Shown here one piece after another: positions 10,537-21,909 of a stretch of DNA of 64,000 bases; the stretch's first letter is position 1, and every line of letters begins with the position of its first letter. Origin of the DNA: Hyaloraphidium curvatum SAG 235-1 (taxonomy: Eukaryota; Fungi; Monoblepharomycota). A model generated the notes under the pieces. It saw only the letters and a list, made by a program, of their open reading frames with translations, was not told where the DNA came from and searched no databases. The position numbers were made by a program, and so were the translations under genes. The stretch lies in NCBI GenBank assembly GCA_025558095.1, contig JAIVFI010000014.1, positions 124,001-188,000 on the forward strand, read 5' to 3'.

Positions 10537-11784
10537 CTAGAAGGCGTCCCAGACGGCTCCACCTGACTGGAAGACCTCATCCCGCAGCTCGCGTATCAGC
10601 CGCTCCCAGCCCACGGAAAAGGAGGACTCCTCGTACTCGAGGAAGTCGACCCCGTCGATCCCGAGCCAGAATTCCTCCTCGTTCCGCCAGCGCTCGGCCT
10701 CTGCGAGGGCCTCAAGGGGTCCCAGGTGCTCCGGATCTTCCAGGTTGTACCAGCTCGGGTTGATGATTAGCTCCACGTCCGACGCTTCCAACGCGGCCCT
10801 TACGCGCCCGAACGACGACGGAGGCAGAGTAAGCGTCGCACCGTCGAGGAGCAGCGTGTCCAGATGCCCGAAATCGAAACTATCGAGCATGAAGGTTTGG
10901 GGCCAGTCGAGGGTCAGGTCACGCAGGCATGGAAAGCTGCCACAGACTCGGTTGAGGTTCAACTGCCCGGCATAACTCTGCGAAATGGTGAGCTTGGTGA
11001 TGGTTTCAAACTTCGCGTTGAACCAGCTCCCGATCGTAGTCGTCTTGAGGACCGAGCTGCTCCCGAGCCGGCGACCGACCTCGGGGAATGCTTGGAAAGC
11101 CGAACTTCAGCTGCGAGATCCGCGCACGATCTGCTTCGAACAAGCACTATCGTCTTCAAGGCTGAACTCCTTCAGGGTGCCCAAGCTGTTGATGCGGCGC
11201 AGGAGCGGCATGAACGGGTCTGCCTGCGGATCGAAGTGCGTTGCCCGCCAATCGGTTCCGCCCAGATCAGCGTCTCGGTAGCTCATGACGCGCAGCTGCA
11301 CGCGCTCCAGCCTCTCGATGGATTTGGCCGACTCCAGGAAACCTCGGACGCCGTCACAATGCCAGGCGGTGATTTCGAGCTCCTTGAGGGACGCCCCCGC
11401 CCCGCGGAGCAGGCCCGCGAGGAGAGGGTCCCTGAACATGACGTCGAGGCGGAGGAACTCTATCTTGCCGAGCTTCCCGGTGCCGAAATGATCCCGGAGC
11501 TTGCCACGGTAGGGGTCCAGATCGCGCGGAGTCGCGTACGCGTATGCCTGTGTGTGGAGCTCGACGCGCCGGACCAGCTCGCCGATCCCGAGCAAGAAGA
11601 GGCCGCGGCACGCCGAGAGCAGGTTGATGAGGGTCCTTTTGTGCCTGCCAGTGGCGCCCAGGATCTTCGCGACGGCTAGAAGGATCTCGTGGGGGAACAC
11701 GGCGGGCAGGGGATCGACACGTCGCGACGGGCAGAAAGCCGTGCGAGATTTGGAGGTCGGCTCCACGCGGCCTTTCGAGCTCAT
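10537..11784 (-). CDS. F-box-like lineage-specific protein; one in-frame TGA at 11107..11109 (short intron or nonsense lesion)
   Basis: FPHEILLAVAKIL...TLINLLSACR motif shared with 59665; ORFs 11107..11799 and 10537..10962 are in the same frame separated only by this TGA. Confidence 0.6.
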
Positions 11785-11959
11785 TTTGTCGTTTCGCAAC
11801 TAGCAAGGCGCGAGTTCACGTGCGGGAGAGAGGAGCGTACGTGTTGCTCGCCGCGCCTCGGAGAGGAATGGGGGACACCCGGTGCGTTCCGCGAAAGACC
11901 GACCTTCGGACTCTTCGGCCGCCATCGGGCCAGAATATCGTCCAAGACGCACCTTGGAC

Positions 11960-13330
11960 ATGGATCAGCGCGATGCGCCCGAGGAGCCGCTCACCGGGCG
12001 CGTTCTCCGTGCTGCCGCGGCCCGCGACCCCTCGCTCCGCGTGTCGCCGCTGCTGCCCAACGAGTTGCAGCTAAGAATCGCCGAATACCTGCCTCTGCGC
12101 TCTTCAACGCTGCTCAATTTGGCTCTGGCCTCGAGCGATGCCCTGGGCCTCGCGATGCCGCTGCTCCTGTCGACTTTCTCCGTGCGGCGCTTCGCCGAGT
12201 CGTGGCGGGCCGCTGACGACAGAGAGGAACTGGGGCGCCGCGTGGCCTCGATCGAGCTGCTGCTGGACCGCCGCTCCGCCCCCGCGCTCTACGAGGCCCG
12301 AAGCGCCCTCGATTACCTCTTGCGGGCCGGGCTCGCAGACCTCGTGCGGACGCTGGAGGCGGACTGCTTCGGGTCGCGCCTCCAGCGGTCCTTCTGCCGC
12401 CGAGCCGTGCGCTCTCTGGCTTCGGAAATCCTGCGAGAGCTCCGGTTCCAGGTGTTCGGGCGGGAAGACCTGGCCACCCTTTCGGCCGCCAACCTGCGAG
12501 GCCTCGCCGTCCTGCAACTGGAGCTGCGCACCCTGCCCAACTCGGAAGGACCCGAGGGCCCGGTCGAATCCATGTGGGCGACGCATGTGCCGGAGTTACC
12601 CGCGCTGCGGACGCTCGTCATCCGCGGGCACCTGAACCCGCAGTCCCTGGAGGCGCTGTGCTCCGCCGCGCCCAACCTGGAAGCGCTGGAGCTCGCACCC
12701 ACGGGCAGCAGCTCGGGATGGATGGATGCCGCTGCCCAGACCCCGCTGGCCCGCCGCATCCGCGGGTTCGACGGAAGGGTTGACGAGTTCTTTGAGCTGC
12801 GCCGCAGGAGCAAGCATTTCCGGCCGGCACGCGTCTGCCTCCGCTCCGCCGGAAACATGTCCGGGGACATATACCTGACGGAAGAGGACTGGCACCGGCT
12901 GCTCGCCCTGAACTGGGCCGGGGTGCGCCTTGGGACGCCGTTCCTCCGCTCTTCGCTGCTGTCCCTCGGGCTTCCCCGGGACGCCGACGGCCTGGACGCG
13001 ACCTTCCACATTGAGGTATCGGGGATCACCGCCGCCGCGCTCGCAGAACTGGAAGCTTTCGCCTCGTCCGCGCGGCCGGGGTGGTTTTCCGCTGGCTGCG
13101 CAGAGGTGCGCGCGAAAAAGGCGCTGGACCGCGGGGGGATGGCCGACCTATTCCGCGAGGGGCTGATGTGGGAGCGGTTGCTGGGGAAGGAGAAGGTGGA
13201 GTGGCACGGGAGAGTTCCCGGGCAAGGGTGGGACGGTTTCACGTCGATGTCAGAGCTGAGGGAGGCGCTCGACGACGAGGACACGGGCGTGTTGGTGAGT
13301 CAGTGGTGGGAAGGCTGGGGACTTGGATGA
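11960..13330 (+). CDS. F-box-like / RNI-like lineage-specific protein, intronless
   Basis: MDQRDAPEEPLTGRVLRAAAARDP...LLPNELQLRIAEYL; collinear similarity with 5833..7197 (ALDY, CRRA, LRELxF, PGWF, EGxMWER). Confidence 0.78.
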   Translation: MDQRDAPEEPLTGRVLRAAAARDPSLRVSPLLPNELQLRIAEYLPLRSSTLLNLALASSDALGLAMPLLLSTFSVRRFAESWRAADDREELGRRVASIELLLDRRSAPALYEARSALDYLLRAGLADLVRTLEADCFGSRLQRSFCRRAVRSLASEILRELRFQVFGREDLATLSAANLRGLAVLQLELRTLPNSEGPEGPVESMWATHVPELPALRTLVIRGHLNPQSLEALCSAAPNLEALELAPTGSSSGWMDAAAQTPLARRIRGFDGRVDEFFELRRRSKHFRPARVCLRSAGNMSGDIYLTEEDWHRLLALNWAGVRLGTPFLRSSLLSLGLPRDADGLDATFHIEVSGITAAALAELEAFASSARPGWFSAGCAEVRAKKALDRGGMADLFREGLMWERLLGKEKVEWHGRVPGQGWDGFTSMSELREALDDEDTGVLVSQWWEGWGLG

Positions 13331-13612
13331 ATGAGTTTGTCTCCTGATGATGCAAATGCGGCTGGGGTCCAATACGGCCTTATCAGGCCTTGAGTTCCCG
13401 AGATGCAAGCGGGGAACGAATAGAGTTTGCGGGCGGCCGCCCCGGGTCCACGAGGAAAATCCGGCGCTTCCGAAACTCCGCACAGCAGCAGCTTCCGAGG
13501 AACGCGTCCCCGGGCCGCGGCTGAACATGGAACAGCAAATCCGGCACAAAAGCGGGCGCGTGCCGGGGGCGGCAGCGGAGCATCGGACGAGCCGGACACT
13601 CGAACCGGAGAC

Positions 13613-14321
13613 ATGGTCTGCGCGAAGACCGCCGACGCTGCTGCCGCGCCCGACGCGCCATCGCCGGCACCGACCAAGCTCCGCGCCGTCCTGGCGGGGC
13701 TCATGGTGGCCACTGCCGCGGTCGCGGTGTGGAACACGGCCTACGCGATAAACAACCTCCGCATCGCCCCCGGGATCTCGTCGGTCACGGCCGTCCAGCT
13801 CGAGGTGCGCTCCTTCCCCCGAATGCGCTTTCGACTCTCATCCTTCTGGCACCGATATGCAGTTCGAAACGACCGTGTACAACACCACCTCCGTCTATGC
13901 CCTCCGCGTCCTTGCCCTCGTCGCCTCGTCCCTCTATCTCATCGTCTCCACGGCCTTCACCATCTGGCTCTTTGTGCGGCTCAACGGCCCCGCCCTCCTC
14001 TCCCTGTGGACCTCCCCATCCCTCCCCCGGCCCACCAAGCTGGCCAAGGAGCTCACCGCCCTCAGCGCGACGACCACCGCGCTCTTCCTCCTGGACTTTG
14101 CCGCCCTCCTCGCCCTCCTCGTCACCGTGCGAGTCATGTGGTCTCAGACCTACGTCGCCCTGGGGACGCCGCCGCTGATCATCATGGCGATCCTGGGGGC
14201 GGCGGGGACGGGGGTGATGTGGGCTCTGCGGGGCAAGGTGGCCTGCAGGTCGCACGGGGCGGGCATGGAGGGGGCGGCGGGGGCGGAAGCTGGTGCGGGG
14301 GTTGTCGAGATGCTCGCGTAG
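13613..14321 (+). CDS. Hypothetical membrane protein with about 4 TM segments; 2 exons
   Basis: Intron 13805..13862 (GTGCGC...CAG) joins two hydrophobic reading frames; strong GC3 codon bias. Confidence 0.65.
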
Positions 14322-14413
14322 ATGGCGGGAGTGCGGCTGTTTGTCCAGAAGCCAACGATTATTCGATTGATTTCCCAGCCAGGGTCGCCGCGCCTTACAC
14401 GCAACACGTCCAC

Positions 14414-14869
14414 TCAGTCGCCATCGCTCTCCACGCCTTCCTCCGCATCGTACGCCAAGGCAGCGAGCCTGTGCTTGCGAAGCATGTTATCGACCGTGCT
14501 CTCGGCGACGGCCACCGCGATCCCCGCCGCCGGTTTGCCAGCATCGTTTTCGGCGCCATCTGCGTGCCCTGCCTCGGTGTTGGGATTCGCCGGATCAGCT
14601 GGGCCCCCTGCAGACCGGCCGGCATCGTCCGTGTCGGCCTGTTCCTCGAAGATAGCGCGGTCCGCGTGATCGATAGCGACAGAGCCCTTCATTCCGTCTT
14701 CTTCAGTCCCTGAGGTCCTCGGGGTTTCGGACCTGCAGCCGGTCCTTGTTCGGCTCGACTATGGCCGTAATCTGCGCATCGCGGTCAGCGATGGAAGGTT
14801 CCGAAGAGAAGGGGGGAAACGTACGCAGGCCGGGTAGAGAAAGGGGGGCAGCTTCTGCTCCTTGTCCAT
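14414..14869 (-). CDS. Possible small acidic hypothetical protein, up to 3 exons
   Basis: MDKEQKLPPFLYPAC|GTACGT...CTGAC...CAG|ITAIVEPNKDRLQ, then a weaker second intron to ORF 14414..14692; no recognisable domain. Confidence 0.3.
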
Positions 14870-14972
14870 GGCGTGCCATACAGTCCCATTTGTCCGGACA
14901 ATGACCCACAGCCTCCAGACGGACGGGACGGGCCACACGAACTCGCTTCAAGGCAGTGTATTCCCCCCCAAT

Positions 14973-16112
14973 CTATCCGATGACGACCTTGGTGTCGTCC
15001 TGCCGCAAAACTAATCAGCACATGTCCGATCCGGCCCGCAAACAAGGGTAACGCACCTCGATGAACTCGTACGGCGGGATCTCGAGGTTCAGCGGCGCGG
15101 GGCCCTTGCGGATGCGGCCCGAGATGTCGTAGTGCGAGCCGTGGCAGGGGCAGAACCATCCTGTGCGTCGCACACAAGGGAAGAGGTGAGCTGCGAAGCG
15201 GCACACGTTGCCCGGCGGAGACGCACCGTGGTAGTCCCCCGCGTCGCCGATGGGCACGCACCCCAGGTGGGTGCACACGCCCAGCATCACGAGCCACTCC
15301 TGCTTGGGCGCCCTCTGGATGTCCGTCTCGGGGTCCCGCAGCTCGGCCAGGGAGACGTTGTTGCTCTCCTCGATCTCGGCCTGCGTCCTGTGCCGGATGA
15401 AGACGGGCTTGCCGCGCCACTTGAGGATCACGTTCTTGCCCTCGGGGATCGAGGTCAGGTCGACCTCGACCTTGGCCAGGGCGAGCACGTCCGCCGAGGC
15501 CGACAGCGAGGAGAGCCAGTCGACCAGGGTGGCCTTGGTGCCGACCGCCGAGACGGCGCCGAGGGAGCCGATCATGGCGTAGGTGAAGGCGCGGTTGGTG
15601 TCCTGGTCGCCCGAGCGCTTGTAGTAGGAGAAGTCGGGGATGGACTCGGAGTTTTGGCGCAGGGCGGGGGTGGAGTGGAGGAGGCGGCGCTGCGAGAAGG
15701 CGCCGGTGGGGACTGCGGGGAACGGGGGGGTCAGGGCCGGTTCCACCGCGGGCCTGCGTGTGGAGCAGATCGGTAGGAGACCCGGGGAGTGCAGGAGGGG
15801 GTCCGGCAGCCGCGGATGCATGCGCCGGCGCGAGTGGCACCCGGCCGGTCTGCGCCGATGGCGGCCCCCTTCCCACCCCATCCGAGCTCCGCCCGCCGCC
15901 TCCGCACGGTGCGCGCACTCACGCAGCTGCGGCGTCTTGAGCGCCGACGCCACGCCGCGCGTGGCGACGCCGAGGGCGGCCGGCTTCGGCGCCTTCTTGG
16001 GCAGCGCGCCCGCGGCCTCCGCGCCGAACAGCCCGACCTGCCGCAGCACCGTCGTCTTGTTGACCGACGCGGACGCCGCGCGCGCTGCGCGGAGGAACGG
16101 CTGGCCCGTCAT
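14973..16112 (-). CDS. RIP1: Cytochrome bc1 complex Rieske iron-sulfur subunit, mitochondrial, multi-exon
   Basis: [35 protein letters not shown] and CPCHGSHYD 2Fe-2S motifs, [10 protein letters not shown]; Arg/Ala-rich presequence; last exon DDTKVVIG*. Confidence 0.97.
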
Positions 16113-16249
16113 CGCGCGGTGGCGTTCCTTCGGGGTGGAGGAAACGGTAGTTGGACCTCTAACCGCCGGATCTAACCGCCCACCCCAACCTGAATTCCAG
16201 TAGTTAGTCATCGAGCAGCCAGAAACCCGGAGACCTCGTTCCGGCCGCC

Positions 16250-19200
16250 ATGGAGGCAGCGGCCGCGGGGCCCTTGCCGCCCGGCGAGCCGGCGCCGCCC
16301 GACGCGCCGCCCGAGTACCCGCCGCGCAACTACCCGCACGTCTTCCCCGACGGCCCGCCGTTCGGCGACGACACGATGGAGCCGGCCGAGTTCTCCGAGT
16401 GGGACGGCGGCATCCCCGTCTTCCGGCCGTCGATCGACGAGTTCGACGACTTCGGCGCGCTCATGCGCCGCGTCGAGAAGTGGGGCCGGCTGCGCGGGCT
16501 CGTCAAGGTGCGCCGCACGAAACCCGCCGCAACCGCGCTGACGCGCCGCAGATCGTCGCGCCGAAGGAGTGGCTCGCCGAGCTCGACGCCTCCAAGTACG
16601 CGGAGCGGCTGCGCAGGATCGCAATCAGGCACCCCATCGCGCAGAACATCTCGGGTGCGCGTTCCGCTCCCGCCGTCCCCGCCGCCGCTGACGCCGCATC
16701 CCCGCTCGCAAACAGGCCAGGGCGGCGTGTACCGCCAGCTCAACATGGAAAAATCGGGGGTGCGTTTTCCCGCCGGCGCCCGCACGGTTGGGTGCTGACC
16801 TGGCCCCGCCTCGCCGCGTCCCTGTCCCCTCTCAGGTCTGGTCCTTCGCCGACTGGGCCCGCGAAGCCTTCTCCCCCGAACGCCTCCCCCCCCTCGACGA
16901 GATCTCCGCCGACGGCGGCGGCAAGAAGCGCCGCACCGACGCCGGCGCCGCCCCCGCGCCCACCCGCCCGAGCCTCAAGTCGCGCACCGCGCCGGGAAGC
17001 AAGACCAGCTCCGCGGCGTGGGTGCGCGACCTGCTCGCCGACGAGGCTCCCACCCCCGAGGACGCCAAATCCGAAGCTGCTGCCGACGGCCCCGAGCCCT
17101 CCGAGGCCGGCGACGCCAAGCGCCGGCGGAGGCAGGACCTCCCCGACGCCGCCTACGCCAACATCGCCTCGCGGCTCTCCCCCCTCTACCCCCCTGAGGT
17201 GGTCCGCGAGCTCGAGGCGCGGTACTGGCGCACGGTCACGTACAGCGAGCCCATGTACGGCGCGGACCTGTCGGGGACGCTGATGGACGACGTGGTGTTC
17301 TCGCGCGGGGACTCGTGGAACCTCAACAGGCTGGGCGGGGAGAGCAACCTGCTGCTGGGGATCGACAAGGCGCTGCCGGGGGTCAACAGGCCGTACCTCT
17401 ACTTCGGCACCTGGAAGGTGGGATCGCTCGAGGCCGGGTCGGCGACCGAAAGCTCACGAGTTGTGGTCATGTGGTGTCCCACAGGCCACGTTCGGCTGGC
17501 ACCTCGAGGACGTCGACCTCTACTCCATCAACTTCCTCCACTTCGGCGCGCCCAAGCAGTGGTACTGCATCCCCCCACCCCACCGCCCCCTCTTCGAGCG
17601 CGCGGCGCGCGAGTGCTTCCGCGAGGAACTGGCGCGGTGCCCGCAGTTCCTCCGCCACAAGGCGGTTATGATCGCCCCCTCTTTCCTCTCCTCCCGCGGC
17701 TTCGGGCTCGGTGCGGAGGACCCGGACGGGCGGGTGGGCAAGTCCGAGGCCGAGCGGCGCGCGCAGGAGGAACGGCGCCGGGCGCGCCGGGAGGCCAAGG
17801 AGCGCGGCGAGGCGGGGGAGGATTCGGACAGCAGCGTCGAGTACGTCCTCGAGCGGCCGCGCAAGCGCACCGCCGAGGCCGCGGCGCGGGAGCGCGCGCA
17901 GAGGGGGCGGGTGCTCAGGGTGGTGCAGGAGCAGGGCGAGTTCATCGTCACGTTCCCGCACGGGTACCACGCTGGGTTCAACCTCGGGCTGAATTGCGCC
18001 GAGAGCGTCAACTTTGCCACGCCCGAGTGGGTGCCCTTCGGCCGGGAGGCGAAGTGGTGCACGTGCGTCAAGGACAGCGTGAGGATCGACGTGCTGGCGA
18101 TGCTGGGGGAGAAGCCGGCCGAGGTCGAGGAGGCGCCGCCGAGGAAGAAGGTGGTGGTAAGGAGGAAGAAAGAGAAGGAGCCCAAGGTGAAGAAGGAGAA
18201 GGCGCCCAAGCCCAGGGCGGGGTGGAAGGGGTCTTCGGGCCGCGACGCGAGGAAGCCGATCGACGGTCGGAGGGTGGGTCGGCCGTCTTTGCGTCTTTCC
18301 TGGGCACCCGGCTCACCGACTTGTTTCAGTGCGAGCTCTGCCCCGCGCCGCCCTCCTTCGACGAGATGCTCCCCGTCGTCGACTGGATGCCCGGCGAGCC
18401 CGCCCCGCCGATGGAGAAGCGGCAGTGGTGCCACCGCATGTGCGCGCTCTTTGTCCCCGAGGTCACGGTGCTCGACGTGCCCGACTTTGACTGGGTGCCG
18501 CCGCCGGCGGGCGGCGACTCGTCGCTGGACGTGCTGCTGGCCGCGGCGTTGGGTGCCAGCGATTCGGGGGTGGAGATCGGGAAGGCGGAGGGCGGGGAGC
18601 AGGTGGATGGTGGGGACGGGGCGGCGGAGGGGGGAAAGCCGGCAGGAGAGGACGTCAAGCCCGAGCCGGCGGCCGCAACTGCACCCGCGCCTGCGGAGCA
18701 GCCCGAAGCCAAGCCCGAGGTGCCGGCACCCGAGCCGCCGCTGATCGACATCGTCGTCGGGGTGAACCAGATCCCGCGCGACCGCTTCCGCCTGGTGAGC
18801 CTCCCGCCTTTCCCCGCGGTGCGGTGCGCTCACCTCCAGCGATCCCCGCAGAACTGCGTGGTCTGCAACGCCGACGTCCCCGCCGCCGTGCGCAAGAAGC
18901 GGCGGCCGACGCACGGCGCGCCGATCCAGTGCTGCAAGGGCAAGTGCACGCGGGCCGTGCACGTGAGCTGCGCCAAGATCGCGGGGCTGCTGCTCGAGAG
19001 CTACTGGTGGGAGCTTCCGACGGTTGGCCGGCGCCGATTTGGGGCTGACCACATCCGTCCCGGGTTCCCACAGGGACACCTTCGAGTACACGGACGAGTC
19101 GGGGCAAGTGATCACGGAGGACATAGAGCGCGGACGGTGCTGGTGCGGACCTCACGACCCAGTGCGTACACTCGCGAACTCCATTGGCCTTTGGCTAACT

Positions 19201-19731
19201 CTTCACGACCTCGCCAGCGGAAGGACGAGGAGAAGCGCCGGGCCCAGGAGGAGGCCGACGCCGCTCTCGCCGCCAAGCTTTCCCAGGGCGCGCCCGTGTG
19301 GTGCCGAGTGTTGGTTGACCATGTTCGCCGTACACATCCGCAGTTAACGTGCTCACGACAGGTCCCGCTCCGAGCTCGTCGCCGGCCTCGTCGTCTCGGT
19401 CGACGCCGAGGCCCGCACCTGCACCGTCCGGCTGCGGATGGAGGACGACGAGCCCGACGCGGCCGCGGGCGACCTCAAGACTTTCGCGCTCAAGGACGTG
19501 CAGCTCCGGACCGAGTCCGAATCGGACCGCGAGGGCTCGGACGAGGATGAGGGCGAGGAGGCGGGGGACGGGGACACCGAGTCGGGCGACGAGGATCTGG
19601 AGGAGGAGGTCGAAGAGGAAGAGGTCGAGGAGGAGGAGGAGGAGGAGATGGATTCCGGCCACATTTCGGACGCCGCCGTCGCGGAGCGGGCGCCGGAAGG
19701 CCGCGGGATCGGGCCCCTCGGTGCGGCCTAG
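16250..19731 (+). CDS. JmjN/JmjC histone lysine demethylase of the KDM4/JMJD2/Rph1 family, with extended PHD-type zinc finger and probable Tudor-like C-terminal domain; multi-exon
   Basis: Jmj[15 protein letters not shown]; PMYGADLSG; PYLYFGTWK|ATFGWHLED (Fe-binding HxE); FLRHK; [18 protein letters not shown]; CELC...[10 protein letters not shown]...CVVC...IQC...C...HVSC. Confidence 0.92.
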
Positions 19732-19963
19732 GTATTCGTATTCAGCAAGCACCGCCGCAGCGCACGTAACGCCTTTGGGCACTATTGTTTCTGTAGTATT
19801 GTGCCTTGTAGCTCGTAGCACTTTGATGTAGCAACTTTGAGATTGCATTTGCAGGCAGTCCTCGCCACAACAGTCTTCATTGTCAGCCACTCCCACTCGT
19901 CATCGTCAGCGTCATCCCACGCATGCATCGGGCACAACCTCCTGAGTGAACTGCGACACATTC

Positions 19964-21539
19964 TCACCCTGGGCAGTACGATTCCCAGCTGATGAAGATT
20001 CCGAGACCTCTTGCGATACCCCAAAGCCCGACGAGGATCGTAATAAGCGCGATGAACGTATTTCGGACGACGGCAAAGTCTACGGCGAAGCCGAAAAGTC
20101 GTGCCATATGTCTGTGAAGGAGAGTGTGTGTCAGACATTACCCAAACAGGCGACGGAGACACAACAAACCTCTTGGTTTCCAAGAACGATGACAGCAACA
20201 TGTCGTGATCCCTGAGTCGTGCCATAAGCTTCTCGTTTGCGTCCTTCAATGTCCCGGCGCGCACTAGGGCAGAGCGGAGCACCGATTGTGTTTCGAGGTA
20301 GAGGTCCGCGATGTGCGAGATCTGCGCGTTGCTGGCAGCGAGCGTAACGAGCTCCACGAAGAAGACCATGAAAAGATAGGCACCGAAGAGCAGGTAACCC
20401 ATTGGAATGCAACTGCCGACAATGATGTTTGGAGCGATCGTAACAATCAGAACGATCAATTGCCCAAATATCAGCATCCTCGTCGCCAAAACGTTCACAT
20501 GGCGGGTTGCCCAGCCAGAAGCCAGGTTTGCATGGAGCTGTTCGAAGAGTTCCCGCTCGTTTGGCTCGCACGGTGCAGGGCCATCCGAGAACAGCGCATC
20601 GAGGTAGCGCGACAGGAAGGAGCGCACGGCGATGCGAACTGCGCGGTGCTGAACGCGACCCGTGAGCAAGATGACGGGATAGGGAACGGCGTAACGCGTT
20701 GCGTTGTTTGTGACATGGAACAGAATGTGATATGAAACTGCAACAAACCACGTGTCAGGAACGAGGATGGCACGACAAACGAGCTCTTACAGGTAAAGGC
20801 GAAGTACGCTGGGCCCCAGCCCGAAAGCCAGAAGTAGGGAGCAAAAGTGATGCAAAGAGTCCAAAGCACGGCGGCGGGGTTGAAAAGCAGATTGTACACT
20901 GTTCGCAGCAAAAGTCTGTGCCGTTCCTCCTGCGCATCCTGGTGACGGGCAAGGACACAGCTGGTCGTTGGAATCGTGAGTCACCAGCACGGACCCTGTA
21001 CCCTCATTCTCCGTCGAAGACACGAGCTCAATCCACCTCGCAAGGCCCGCGAACACGTGCCCGTTCCGGTCGTCCACTTTCGGGAGGGCGCCCGCAGCGC
21101 GTGCCCTGAAGAAGGCTTTGTGGCCATGTATATAAAGGGCAGATCCCGCGATAAGAAAGAAGGTCGCGGTAACACAACCGGCGGCCAGCTGGCGCTGGCC
21201 AAACACGGCGTCCAACGCGTTGAAGTAGAGAACGATGTAATAACCGAACAGGTTTGCAAAGAGGGTCGGCAGGTACTTCAGTAGCGGGCGCATCGAAATG
21301 GGTTCCATTGCAAATTCCAGCTCGACCATGCGCCGCAGCAGCGGCGACGCGGAGCCCAGGGTGCGCGCGAGCGAGGCTCGCGTGAGCGGGTTCGCGGTTC
21401 GCGCCGCGGCCGCTGGATCCGCGGCTGCCGGGAAATCTACCACCAACGGCGACAACGGCGTTGTTCGCCACGGCAAGATGGCTAGCCATTCGCCCTCCGT
21501 GAAGGTGGGCTGCGTCGCTGGCTCCTTCGCTTGCTCCAT
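19964..21539 (-). pseudogene. 7-TM family member A (2 introns), frameshifted near 20915: pseudogene or sequence error
   Basis: EWLAILP N-terminal motif; HDSNDQLCPCPSPGCAGG; frame switch just after CAGG; GSCIP; spliced C-terminus ARLFGFAVDFAVVRNTFIALITILVGLWGIARGLGIFISWESYCPG*. Confidence 0.75.
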
Positions 21540-21909
21540 CGCGTTCCAGAGGTCTTTTAGAGAGAGATTGTGGCCTGGGTCTGTTTGGGCGCTCGTCCAC
21601 TCGCGTCCTCACTCTCGATCCTGCGGTCGAACCGGCGCGGATTGGGCCGTGGGCGTGTGAAACGCCGTCCGAATGAAGGGAGGGGCGGTCTCCGCCCGCG
21701 GCATCACGGGAGACCCCATCGACCCGACCTGCACACGCTAACGTAGCGACCGAACCATCCCTCCGTGTCTCCTTCCGGCGTGATTAAACCGAGCTAACTC
21801 TCGTCGGGCTCGGGTTAGCAGACAGAGGAACAGAGGATAAACCTCGCCACGGTGCGGATGGAGTTGCCTCTGGAACAGCCGAAAAGCCGGAGAGGAGCAT
21901 TCATCGACA

